Shown here: one piece after another, positions 26,528-38,513 of the stretch | Layout of the letters: every line of letters begins with the position of its first letter | How positions within the stretch are numbered: the first letter of the stretch is position 1 | From: Azolla caroliniana | Lineage: Eukaryota > Plantae > Polypodiophyta | DNA length: 64,000 bases | Direction: 5' to 3' | Assembly: GCA_043228905.1 (NCBI GenBank) | Contig: JBHGNT010000003.1 | Location: 19,964,001 to 20,028,000, forward strand | The notes under the pieces: generated by a model | Told to the model about the DNA's origin: nothing | Database searches by the model: none | The model's input: the letters and a program-made list of their open reading frames with translations, nothing else | Made by a program: the position numbers and the translations under genes

Positions 26528-28984
26528 ACGTTACCTTGGCTTTGACCCTTAGTCAGATCACCAACCAATACGTGGACTGATTAGCAATTGGACAATTACT
26601 TAATCATGCAATTCCGCGATGGCAAATAGCATTTTCCTGACATATATTAAAGTTAGATTACGAGACCCTTCACATATGAGCGTCATGGGGTTTGAACTTT
26701 CACCAACCAAGTGTACTCTTTATTGTATAATTAAACATTTTTTATGTGTTTAAATTCACAAACTAGGCATGCGTTTACAACTAGTTTCTTCCCACCACTC
26801 ATCCACGCAACCTACTCATTGGCCATCTCTTTATAAAACTATAAACCTAGTGTTTAGTAACATCGATCCATACCATGATGTCTACCTATCTCTTTGCTTT
26901 TGAAGATTATACATTTATTTAACCATTGGGTTGCTTTCTTAAATGTTATAAACAACGCAACAATAAAAACATTATATCAAACATCATATGACTAAGAACT
27001 CAACCTACAAGGAGCTATGAATTGAAAAACGTTCTTGTTACTCACATGGTATTATATTCAAAGTCATTGTTATGCTTAAATATAAGTCACAATGTGATTG
27101 CTCGTTTGATGATACATGGGCTATTGTCCAATAGGATCTTTGCTCTACATCATTGCAACACTAAATAGAGTTTTCCATTGCAAAGTTTTCATCCTTCATC
27201 TTTGTATAGGAAAGAACAACAAGCCATACATATTGGAAACACTCAACTTTAGAGTTCCAAGTTCAATGTTGTAAAACACGTTTCTTTAATGAAGTTTTGA
27301 TTAACTATCCAAATAACACACTCATTGGATAGAGCGTGTGGTGTTGAGAGTACTTGTATATATTATATGATTTGCTTTAATAGTTGTCCATAATATTAGC
27401 CCTAGCATCAACCCTTCGGGTTACCTTACACATTGACTCCCTATAGCCATACATATTAGCACCCAAGCATTTCCTCCTACATGCATACAAAGTTGGTCAC
27501 TAGGGCCCATTGATCCACATTAGGACAATTGAATTTTATACTTCATAGAATTATGAAGATATAGTTTGGTTTATGATGCACTAAAAATATGTTGATTGTA
27601 TATGTTCATTCCAACATCAATATTTGTATATGAGCCTTCCTCTAGGTTCAACCTTAGGAGAAGAGCGTTTTATATATTTTCAATTGGAAGATAGTATACA
27701 TTGATTCATTAGATGCCATATTGCACATGCTATTTGGAAATATTTATTTGAAATATGGAAAGTTTTGACTTTTTGTTATTTGATGCCCAAGGAAGAGGTC
27801 TTTAGCTAATATGTGCAACAAAGACCAAAGAATGAGATGGAAATCACATTCCAAATTTTAAGATATTGGGGTTTGCAACATAATTGGAATATGTGGTTTA
27901 ATGTTTGATGGTAGACATGGAGCAAATGCATATACATATTGGAAAGTTAAAAGACATACTTATGTACCAATTGTGAATATTAGTGCATGTGGGGATTGTT
28001 TCTTTATGTGAGCATTCAACATTTTTTTATGGCATTAGGGAATGTCCCTCTCCCTATGTCGGGAGGGGCGGCATCCATAGTGTAATGATGGTTTTACATA
28101 CAATTAATTTAAGTGTGTGAATTACCATGTGTGAGAGAGAGAGGTGAATATTGACCCATGGGACCCAAGTAAACAAGCTTTCTTGATGTCTCTCCTTCCT
28201 AAGAAGGGATATTCATAATTTGAAGAACAAAGTTTGAATGTTTGAATACTTTTTGAAACATTTCTCAATATGTGTGTGTTGTTAAAATTGGACCTTGAAT
28301 CCAAGGCCTAGGTTTCATAGCCTAATAATCTAACATAGGGTAAGCTAATTATGATGAGAGAACATAATGGAAATTTTATCGTTCATGATAAGGCCAAATT
28401 TGACCTAGTGGACCAAATCAACATATCATCTTGTATGTGACACCTTCCTACAAAGGGGGTTATTACTCTGTCATAAAAATTCTCGATGTGAAAATAATGC
28501 ACAAATGTTGTTCTCTATGAAAATTTGAGTATGATCCTCATATTATCATGGATGTTTAACAATACATCATATTTCTCGTGAATAACCTTATCCTTGAGCA
28601 TGCGGTAAGTAAGTGATATTCATCCTTCACTAGGTTTGCATTGCATACCTTGCATATCTTCATGTTTGCGTGATGATGCCATGATGCTACCTCAACACCT
28701 AACTTGTGTGAGTGTGTTCGAAGAAGTTTTAAGGCTCTCTGGGAGCCAAGGCTCGTAAGGGTAGTGAGATATGATTAAATATGTATTGGCATTTTTTCCT
28801 TATATTTGGGATAGTGTTAGGGATTAATATTTGCAATGTTATATTCCAATTTTGACATTTTAGCTTATTACCACCTCATCCTTAGTTCCCTCTAAAAATC
28901 TATCCTTAATTATCACATACTTCAAATCATCAACTAAGAGCTCCAATCGATCTTTTGCTCCCCATCTCTTAATCCATTTCATAG

Positions 28985-29605
28985 TGTCAAGCACCTAGCA
29001 AGATGAGAGGATTTTGTTTGCTAGTTTTTTGTACCCTGCATCCAATGTTCCAAGCTTGTTTGGGCAATATATGCTTTTGCAATATATTTTCTAGTCTTTG
29101 CATGATACCACCTCTATCAATCGATCAACTATTTCAAATAGTCCCAAGGATAGGATGTTGCAAATCTTACCCCAATTATCTACCTAGAAACACTTTTTGG
29201 ATTTTCTCTATTTCATTCTATGAAAAAAGTGAGATAGTTTAAAGAGATGTGATGGCCTAATGAGATCCAAAACACCAAGGGAGTGGGTTCTTGTGTGAGG
29301 AGAGAGAAAGCAGAGAAAACTGTGTAGAAAAATATTGAGAAAGATCGAGCCACTAAAAGTCCCTACCTTATTATAAGATATTTGTGACCAATTCTTATGG
29401 ATAAGCGACTTTAAGTTCATTTGGGCATATGTTTGCACATAAAGAATGACCAAAATTTATAAAGATAATGTAAATGCCTATAACACCCCAAATTGGGGCA
29501 AAAAATATAATAAAAATGTGTGTGGGAAAGCTCTTGAAGAGAGCTTTCACAAGGAGGGGTCAAAATACACAAAAAAGATGTGTCCTTGAGGCCTTATCCC
29601 CAACA
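28985..29605 (-). mobile_element. Putative 3' LTR of old Copia element A
   Basis: TG...CA bounded (TGTCAAGC...CCCCAACA) with a TATA/GA-rich architecture. It lies just downstream of the element A RNase H end, with a purine tract adjacent on the minus strand. Boundaries are uncertain. Confidence 0.4.
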
Positions 29606-29659
29606 ACCTCTCACTTAAAAGACCAAGGAGGCTCCTTTAAGCTAAGTAACTCCCACTAT

Positions 29660-29856
29660 CTATATATATAGTTGATGTTGTACCTTGGTAGACACTTTGT
29701 GAGGGCGTCTACATGATCTTGTGAAATATTGACCTTGATCAAAGTGATTAGGCCATCCTCTAGCAGCTTTTTGATGAAGTGGTATCTCACATCAATATGC
29801 TTTGTGCGACCATGAAACATTGCATTCTTTGCCAAACAAATGACACTCTTGCTATC
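29660..29856 (-). mobile_element. Old degenerate Copia element A, RNase H C-terminus
   Basis: DSKSVICLAKNAMFHGRTKHIDVRYHFIKKLL..DALTKCLP. Continues at 44649. Confidence 0.85.
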
Positions 29857-30989
29857 TGTAAAGAATCGGGTATGATTCTTGTGTAGCGGAAGAGATGTGT
29901 GTTATGTGTATGAGTGAGAGGAATTAGAGGAGAGATGAGAGAACACAAGATAGATAGACAAATGAATACTCAAGAAGAAGGTGTATATTGCACAAGTAGA
30001 ATAAGAATTACAAAATGTAGCATAATAATGAGTCACAACCGACTTTGTATGAAGTGTGAGGAGGGTGCTTTATATATAGTCACCCTCTCTCTTCATTAAC
30101 TAACTACAATCTACAACAACCACTCTCTCTCTCTTGGGGAATGTGAAGACTCATAGTCATGGGGAATATGTAACTCATTAGTTATGTGTCATAGAATATG
30201 ATTCTATGACACATAGTTAATCTGTAGAGAGTAATGGTGTGACTCTTGACCTTTGATTCTCAAAAGGTGTGTTCACATGTTGTGTTATGTTGAGCTTGAT
30301 TCTCAACACGCCCCCTCAAGATCAACTCAGCTTGGTTCCTTTTGATTGATGTCCGCTTCGGTTGGTATCCGGTTCGGACGATCTTTGGTGTCCGCTTCGG
30401 CTCGTACCCTCGGGTGGTTGTACCATGTACACCTCCTCTTCTAAGTCGCCTTGAAGAAAGACATTCTTGACATCCATTTGGTGGAGGTGCCACCCTTTTG
30501 CCGCTGCAAGTGTGATCACGGTCCGTACCGTCGTCATCTTTGCCACCGGGGCAAAGGTCTCTTCATAGTCGATCCCATGTGTTTGTGCATATCCTTTCGC
30601 TACGAGTCGAGCTTTGTAGCTGTTGACGGAGCCGTTGGCATTATACTTCACCTTGTAGATCCATTTGCAGCCAATTGCCTTCTTGTGTGGTGAGTGGGGA
30701 ACAAGATCCCATGTCTCGTTCTTGCGTAGTGCACACATCTCCTCGTTCATTGCTTCGATCCATCGCGGGTCCTTCGCGGCTTCGAAAAAGGTTTCCGACT
30801 CCCGTACTGTTGCTACCTTCATCATAAAGGCATAATGGTACGCCATATAATCGTTGTAGCCGAATCGGCTTACGGGGTTCTTTTCACAGGTGGATCGGCG
30901 GAGCTTCTCGTTTGCAGATACTACAGCTTTCTCTGCTCCATTTGTCCGGATCTCAAGGCCTTCGAACTCACTATCGAGGGAGTGAGTCG

Positions 30990-33900
30990 TGTCGAATACA
31001 TGTGTATAATGGACGTATTCACACTATCCCGTTTTGGCCATTTATGTAATTAGCATAAAGGGTAGTTGCCCTAAGTCGGTCACTATATATAGTGACCTTG
31101 TAACCTCTTTGTGAGGTTGGGTTGTTGTATTATTGCCTTGTGAAATAAAGAGTTCTTTTGTGCCTCTCTCTCTCTCTCACTCTCTCTCTGTGCAACGACA
31201 TAGAAACAGTCATACGCAGGTATTCAGAAAGACTCGAATGCTCCTTGATCTTCCGCAAAGACGACATTGTCTCCAACATCTGGTATCAGAGCCTGCACAG
31301 TAGTCGGTCCTTCAATCCGCTGTCGGCCGTCGTCTCAGCATTCGGTTTCCTGCGTCATTCGAAAAAGAGAGAAGAAGAACAAAAAAAAAACGAGGTTTTG
31401 CACCTCATCGCGTTAGATCCTCTTGCTTGGAGTAAGCCATCAGGTTGTACTCTGTTCCTTGTGATCGTAACCGCTCGAGGTGAAATCCCCTTGTGTATCA
31501 TTGACACGATCGTGCTCCATTCGGTTAAACGGCATCCGAAGTAGTCAACAAACGCTGCTCGCCGCTCGTTGTAACCACTCGGTGCAGATCGGTCTCAAGA
31601 CAACAACCCCAAATTCGTGCTTCATCTGGCTGATCGACATTCGAGAGGATCAGTTGGATCTGCCTCTCTCGTCGCTGCAGCCACCCGAAGCAGAATCGGT
31701 CCAGATAATCGGTTTCAATAATCGGTATTCGGCATATACATCCGAAGCGAACCGGGCTCACCCCGACTCGGCAACATTCGGGAAGACCAGTCGGTTCTGT
31801 CCCTCAAGTTACCGGAGTCAATTCGAGCAAGTTCAACAATACATATATCCGAAGCCGAACCGACTCGGGTTCAAATCCGACTAGAACGATATCGGGTGAG
31901 CCAACCGGCTGCACCTCAACAAGGTTCGTAGTCAACTCCGAACTGAGCTCCGTCAACCGAAACCAAATTTGATGGCATCAACATCCGGCTCGTCAGAAAT
32001 GAGTCTACGAAAGTTCGATGGATCGAACTTCAACTTCTGGAAGGAACAAATGCAGGACTATCTCATAGTCAAGGGGCAAATCGATCCCATCGAAAATGAA
32101 GAACCTCTAGAAGGATACAAACCAATTGAGTGGCAGAAGCTGGACAGAATCGTCCGCGCCACGATTCGGATGCACCTATCGGAATCGGTATACTTTACGG
32201 TGCAATCGTGTACGACAGCATTCGAACTGTGGAAAACACTGTCGGACACTTACGAAAAGAAGGTCGCCGCAACGAAGATGTTTCTGATCCGGCGCCTCTA
32301 CAACTTGCGGATGAAAGAATCCGATTCGGTTCAAGCACACCTCAATGAGTACGAAAGCATAAGCTCCCAAATCTCGTCACAGGGGACGGCAATCGAGGAT
32401 GAACTCAGAGCAATGATACTCATGAGCAGCCTTCCCTCATCATGGGAAACTTTCGTCACAACCGTGTGCAACGCGTCAACCACGGCTGTTAAATACTCCG
32501 AAGTCACGAGCGCAATCCTGACCGAAGCAGCTCGGAGAAAGTCTTTCGCCAAAGACTCAACAGACGACGCTTACGTAGTACAAGGTTCGACAGACCGATC
32601 GAACATACGAGGAAGAGATTCCTCACGACCGCCGAACAATCAGCGAAGACGGAGCCAGTCACGGGATAACCGAATCTGCAACTATTGCAAGAAACCCGGA
32701 CACATCAAAGCCGACTGCCGCGCACTCAAGAACAAGAACAACAAGAAGAGTGGCCGGCATGAGGAGATCAATTACGTCAGCTTCTCAGCTGATGTACTAC
32801 CGGACGACCCGAATATACTATCAATCGAAAATCCAGTCGGATCAGAAGTTCTACTCACGACTGAAGAATCGAGCACATGGCTCTTAGATTCGGGCGCGTC
32901 ATTTCACGTGACTCCTCATCGATCCCAATTTCGGCAATATACGATCCGTCACTCCGACTCAGTTCGAGTCGGCAACTCACAACACTGTGACATCATCGGA
33001 ATCGGCACAGTAGAGCTCAACCTTGCAGGTGGCTCTACACTTGTACTCCACAATGTCCGACATGTACCCGAGCTCTCAAGGCCATTGATCTCAGTCGGAC
33101 AACTAGATGAAGACGGCATTCGTGCCGGTTTTTCTTCAGGAGGGTGGACACTCCACAGGGGGAACCTCCTGCTTGCTAGAGGACCCAAGATACACTCCCT
33201 GTATCCGTTACATGTTACGCTCAGAGAGGGTAACCTGTTTTTGGTGGATATTCCTGTGTCATCACTATGGCACCGAAGATTAGGACACCTCAGCAAGGCC
33301 GGCATCACGCACCTATCTAGAGCCGGATACATCCCCAAACTCTCCTTCTCGGACCATCAATTCTGCGAGCATTGCCAGTATGGCAAACAAGTAGCCGCAT
33401 CACACCCGACATCAGCACCAAGAGAAACGAGACCTCTTGATTTGGTCCATTCGGACGTCTGTGGCCCAATGCCGCATCAGTCTCTAGGCGGTGCCTCTTA
33501 CTTCGTCATTTTTATTGACGATTCGACTCGAAAGGTGTGGGCTTATCCAATTCGCACCAAAGATCGTGTCTTCTCGATCTTCTCCGATTGGCTCGCTATG
33601 GTAGAAAATCAAACCGACCGAAAACTGAAATGCTTTCGGACCGACAATGGGGGAGAGTTCAAATCAGAAGAATTCGTCAAATTCTGCCGACAACGCGGCA
33701 TCCGACGTGAATTTACGGCACCACACAGCCCGGAGCAAAACGGGATTGCCGAACGCATGAATCGGACAATCCAAGAACGGATAGTTTCCATGCTTCAACA
33801 CTCCGGACTGTCGGATGGCTTCTGGGCAGAGGCTCTACTCACGGCAGTACACATAATCAATATGTCGCCAAGTAGACCTCTAGGACTTCAAATTCCTCAG

Positions 33901-36468
33901 GAACTATGGATCGGCAGTAAGCCGAATTACGACAAGCTGAGGATCTTCGGATGCGAGGCGTACGCCCTTATTCCGAAAGATGATCGCCGAAAACTTGCAC
34001 CTCGGTCCAGGAAATGCATTTTCCTTGGATATGGATCCGACGGCGAAATGGGATACCGACTCTGGGACCCCGAACGCAGACAAATCGTTCGAAGTTCGGA
34101 CGTTGTGTTCAACGAGTCGGCTATGAATCCATCAGTCGAAAAACCGATCGAAGTCCGAAGGGTAACATTCTCCGATGTGCCGACCCTTCAAGAAGGCCCT
34201 GCTCTCAACACACGGTCAGCTTCACGGGTAGCTGAACCTTACACTACCGACTCGGACAACTCCGACTCGGCACAGCAGAACAATCCGCTTTCGGACCATC
34301 CGACCTCGATACCCGATGCGACCAGTCCAATCATACCTCGACGATCCGAGAGACTGTCGCAACCTCCGGAGAGGTATTCTCCTGGAATTTTCTTCACCGA
34401 CGCCGGAGAACCGACGTCTTACGAAGAAGCATCGACATCTGTCGATTCCGCCACCTGGCATCTGGCGATGGAGTCGGAAATGCACTCCATTCGGGCAAAC
34501 AAGACTTGGGATCTGGTCGAATTACCTAAGAACCGACGTGCTCTTCCTTGCAAGCGGGTCTATCGACTAAAAGAGACGTCTGATTCGACCACCCCAAAGT
34601 ACAAGGCCAGATTAGTTGCGAAGGGCTTCCGACAAGAATATGGCGTCGACTTCGACGAGATTTTTTCACCAGTGGTGAAAATGACAACCCTTCGTTTTCT
34701 ACTCGGCGTAGTGGCAGCCGACAACTTGGAGCTGATTCAGCTAGATGTCAAAACAGCCTTCCTCCATGGTGATCTCGAGGAGGAAATTTATATGGAACAG
34801 CCAAAAGGCTTCATGGCAACTGGCCAAGAACATCTAGTCTGCCGACTCAGGAAGAGTCTATACGGCCTCAAACAGGCACCACGACAATGGTACAAGAAGT
34901 TCGACGACTTCATCCAATCGATCGGCTTCTCCAAAAGCGATGAGGACCATTGTCTCTTCACCAACACAGCTCAAGATGGATCACCCATCTTCCTCATCAT
35001 TTACGTGGACGACATGCTAATTTCTGGACGCCACGCGGGCGAACTTGCCGATCTCATTCGGCAACTGCGGTTGAAGTTTGCCATGAAGGACCTCGGTCCG
35101 GCACGACACATACTCGGCATGAAGATTAGTCGGCATCGCGATAAACGACATCTTTTTTTGTCTCAGACCGACTATATCCGACGTGTCTTGGAACGCTTCA
35201 ACATGCAATCAGCCAAATCTGCTTCAACCCCGCTCCCAATGAATCTTCGGCTCTCTCAGCGAGACTGCCCGACATCCGGCCCGGAGGGGGAAGATATGAA
35301 GTCGGTACCGTATGCACCGGCAGTCGGCTCCCTTATGTACCTGATGGTCGCGACACGGCCTGATATCTCTCATGCCGTAGGAGTCGTTAGCAGATTTATG
35401 CACAATCCTGGCCGATCGCATTGGAACGCAGTCAAGCATGTGTTCAGATATCTGGCTGGCACAAAAGACCACGGCATTCTTTTCGGTCCGAACCGAACCT
35501 CAGGCGTAGTCGGTTACACCGACTCGGACTTCGCCGGCTGTATAGACAGTCGGAAATCAACAACCGGATACTGCTTCAAATTCGGCAATGGAGCAGTCTC
35601 GTGGAAGTCGAAACTTCAGGAGTGCACAGCGACCTCAACGACCGAAGCAGAATATGTAGCTGCGTCCGACGCAGCAAAAGAAGCTTTGTGGCTCGGTCGG
35701 CTGGCGCACACGTTTCGACAAGTCGACCATGACTCGGTTCCAGTTGTCTACAGCGACAGTCAAGGTGTCGTTGCCTTGTCGAAAAATCCGGTTCACCACA
35801 ACGCCTCCAAACATATCGACGTTCGATATCACTTCGTTCGGGACTGCGTCATTTCAGGTAAAATCGGTCTAGAGAAAATATCCACAACCGACAATGTCGC
35901 AGATGGAATGACCAAGTGTCTTTCGGCAGACCGTTTTCGGTCTCTTCGACATCAGATGGGCGTAACGACAAACCAGTCCGGTTAGAGCCGGACACAGAGC
36001 AGGATGGTTCCCGACAACCGACATCAGCTCCTTAATGATCGGCTTCAACTGTTCCGACCCGACCAGTTCGGTCTTCTGCCTTCGGACCCTGCTGACTACG
36101 AACAAAGCTGATATGTCCGAGAACCCAAGTCTATACCTGTAATCTTAGATAACCCATGTATACGCCCATTACGGGGGAGTGTCGAATACATGTGTATAAT
36201 GGACGTATTCACACTATCCCGTTTTGGCCATTTATGTAATTAGCATAAAGGGTAGTTGCCCTAAGTCGGTCACTATATATAGTGACCTTGTAACCTTTTT
36301 GTGAGGTTGGGTTGTTGTATTATTGCCTTGTGAAATAAAGAGTTCTTTTGTGCCTCTCTCTCTCTCTCACTCTCTCTCTGTGCAACGACATAGAAACAGT
36401 CATACGCAGGTATTCAGAAAGACTCGAATGCTCCTTGATCTTCCGCAAAGACGACATTGTCTCCAACA
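30990..36468 (+). mobile_element. Intact Ty1/Copia LTR retrotransposon C (5479 bp)
   Basis: 289-bp LTRs at 30990-31278 and 36180-36468 (one difference seen). TSD AGTCG. PBS TGGTATCAGAGCC (tRNA-iMet) at 31281. PPT CGGGGGAG. Confidence 0.97.
31972..35985 (+). CDS. Copia gag-pol polyprotein (element C)
   Basis: CCHC knuckle CNYCKKPGHIKADC, protease LDSGAS, integrase HHCC and DDE, RT YVDD, RNase H. Uninterrupted ORF. First ATG at 31972. Confidence 0.96.
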   Translation: MASTSGSSEMSLRKFDGSNFNFWKEQMQDYLIVKGQIDPIENEEPLEGYKPIEWQKLDRIVRATIRMHLSESVYFTVQSCTTAFELWKTLSDTYEKKVAATKMFLIRRLYNLRMKESDSVQAHLNEYESISSQISSQGTAIEDELRAMILMSSLPSSWETFVTTVCNASTTAVKYSEVTSAILTEAARRKSFAKDSTDDAYVVQGSTDRSNIRGRDSSRPPNNQRRRSQSRDNRICNYCKKPGHIKADCRALKNKNNKKSGRHEEINYVSFSADVLPDDPNILSIENPVGSEVLLTTEESSTWLLDSGASFHVTPHRSQFRQYTIRHSDSVRVGNSQHCDIIGIGTVELNLAGGSTLVLHNVRHVPELSRPLISVGQLDEDGIRAGFSSGGWTLHRGNLLLARGPKIHSLYPLHVTLREGNLFLVDIPVSSLWHRRLGHLSKAGITHLSRAGYIPKLSFSDHQFCEHCQYGKQVAASHPTSAPRETRPLDLVHSDVCGPMPHQSLGGASYFVIFIDDSTRKVWAYPIRTKDRVFSIFSDWLAMVENQTDRKLKCFRTDNGGEFKSEEFVKFCRQRGIRREFTAPHSPEQNGIAERMNRTIQERIVSMLQHSGLSDGFWAEALLTAVHIINMSPSRPLGLQIPQELWIGSKPNYDKLRIFGCEAYALIPKDDRRKLAPRSRKCIFLGYGSDGEMGYRLWDPERRQIVRSSDVVFNESAMNPSVEKPIEVRRVTFSDVPTLQEGPALNTRSASRVAEPYTTDSDNSDSAQQNNPLSDHPTSIPDATSPIIPRRSERLSQPPERYSPGIFFTDAGEPTSYEEASTSVDSATWHLAMESEMHSIRANKTWDLVELPKNRRALPCKRVYRLKETSDSTTPKYKARLVAKGFRQEYGVDFDEIFSPVVKMTTLRFLLGVVAADNLELIQLDVKTAFLHGDLEEEIYMEQPKGFMATGQEHLVCRLRKSLYGLKQAPRQWYKKFDDFIQSIGFSKSDEDHCLFTNTAQDGSPIFLIIYVDDMLISGRHAGELADLIRQLRLKFAMKDLGPARHILGMKISRHRDKRHLFLSQTDYIRRVLERFNMQSAKSASTPLPMNLRLSQRDCPTSGPEGEDMKSVPYAPAVGSLMYLMVATRPDISHAVGVVSRFMHNPGRSHWNAVKHVFRYLAGTKDHGILFGPNRTSGVVGYTDSDFAGCIDSRKSTTGYCFKFGNGAVSWKSKLQECTATSTTEAEYVAASDAAKEALWLGRLAHTFRQVDHDSVPVVYSDSQGVVALSKNPVHHNASKHIDVRYHFVRDCVISGKIGLEKISTTDNVADGMTKCLSADRFRSLRHQMGVTTNQSG

Positions 36469-38513
36469 AGTCGATTCGTTGTCGTCGAAGTGATCATCTT
36501 CATACTTCGGCATTTTTGCCTTCCCTTTGTCCCGCTTCGGACTCGGCCGAGAAGTGCTTTGATCGCTCGGGGGCTCTTGTGGCCCACTAAGCCTTGTCGT
36601 AATCGGGCTTTCTTCGAACATGCGCGTGAGCCGATCTTCGGCTTCTATCTCTATTTCGGCGTATTCCGGGTTGAGCGGAATCAGAGTCGAAGTTGTCTCT
36701 AGTGCGTACCAAGATGCGGACTCGTTGAAAACAACGTCTCAACTTACTCGAGATTTTCGAGTTGAGGGGTTATAACACTTGTACCCCTTTCGCTCCAGTG
36801 AGTATCCTCTGAGGATACATTTCTCCGACTTCAGGTCGAGCTTTTGTCGCTTCTCATCGGGGATGTGCATGTACGCAATGGAGCCGAATATCCGAACATG
36901 TGATAGGTCCGACTTCTTTTCGAAAAACATCTCGTGAGGCATGAGTTCATGCACACCAGATGTCGTACACCAATTCATGAGGTACACGACCGTGTTAGCC
37001 GCTTTTGACCAATACGATTTCGGCATGTGCTTTTAGTTAAGCATAGCTCGTGCCACTTCGAGGATGTGCCGATTCTTGCGTTCGGCTACTCCGTTTTGTT
37101 GTGGCGTATGTCGACACGAAAACTCTCATCGTATTCCTTCTTTCCGTAGAAACGCCGAAAATTCGTCGGAGAAGTACTCCTTGCCTCCATCCGACCGAAG
37201 ACATCGTACATGTCAGCCCGTGGCTTTCTCGACTTCATTCTTAAATTTTTGGAAGTGTCCGAACACTTCGCTCTTTTTCTGCATGGGGTAGATCTAGGTG
37301 TGCCTGGAGAAGTTGTCGATGAAGGCCACGTAGTATCGGCATCCGCCGAATGTAGCCATCTGAGCCGAACCCCATACATCGGAATAAATTAAGTCGAGTA
37401 TGGCTTTGCTCACATTCCGCTCCTTCGGAAATGGGTGTCGATGTTGCTTGCCGAATTGGCAAACCGCACATACGCCTTCAATCTCTCTCTCCTTGAAGGT
37501 CGGGAGTCCAATGACGACTCCTTTCGATTGCATCGCCTTGAGCTTTTGAAGGTTGATATGGCCAATCCGCTTGTGCCATAACTCTATGTCGGAATCGGCT
37601 TTCATGCCCTTTGCGAACATGGCCGATTTCATCTCGTGTGAATCGAGAATGAACATTCAGCCCTCTCTTCGTCTGCAAGCGATGAGTCAACCCTCTTTTT
37701 CGATGAAGCAACTGCCTTGATTAAATCGTACTTGCATTCCTTGCTCTACAATTTGGCCAACCAAGACCAAATTCTTCGTGATAGTTAGTACATGCAAGAC
37801 ATTTTTAATGTAAGTTTGCTTACCTTATTCTCCGAACGGAACATTGCAGATGTGCCGAATCAGGTGCGTAGTGTCGTCTCCAGTTTCGACATAGCCGGGT
37901 CGGTCCGGCTCTCGAAGTTCTCGGAACCATTCTTGATACGACGTCATATGGTTTGAGGCACCGGAATCAACGAACCATACGTCTTCCGAACCGGAGGCAC
38001 TAGTAGAAGTAGCGACCGACATAGAATTCGCTCTATGTCTCATCACGAACATTCCGCCACGGTCGTCATAGTCGGAGTTGATGGCGTAGTTGGTGAGTTG
38101 TCGGCTAATGGAAGCCGACTCGCGTATCTTCTTACGACATTCTTCTTCGTGGTGACCGATTTTTCCGCAATATCCGCATTCGACCGAGCTTTGTCGGTTC
38201 GGACCGGAATGGAAGCTCCCCCTTCTTCCAAAGGTTCCTCGATGGCTTCCGTTTTGATGCCGGAATTGCGAGTTGTTTTCGTAAGTCGGGCCTCGTCCGC
38301 CTCGTCCTTGGCCAAATCGGCCTCTTCTTGCACAACCGCGTCCTCTTCCTTCGTCCGAATTCGTGTAGAGCATGTGGCCTTTCGAGGCGTTGCTCCTCGT
38401 TCGAACATGATTTTCTTCGACCAACAACATGGATTGAAGATCAAAGAAGGAGGGCGGATTCTCCTGTGCTAATACGGCGGTCCTCATTGCGTCGAACCGT
38501 GGTGCAAGGCCGT

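Noticed and set aside
31158-31884. 128-aa and 134-aa ORFs upstream of gag in C/D as extra genes
   Set aside because: They have non-ATG starts, overlap the LTR, PBS and microsatellite, and show no recognisable domain. They are identical in D only because the copies are recent.
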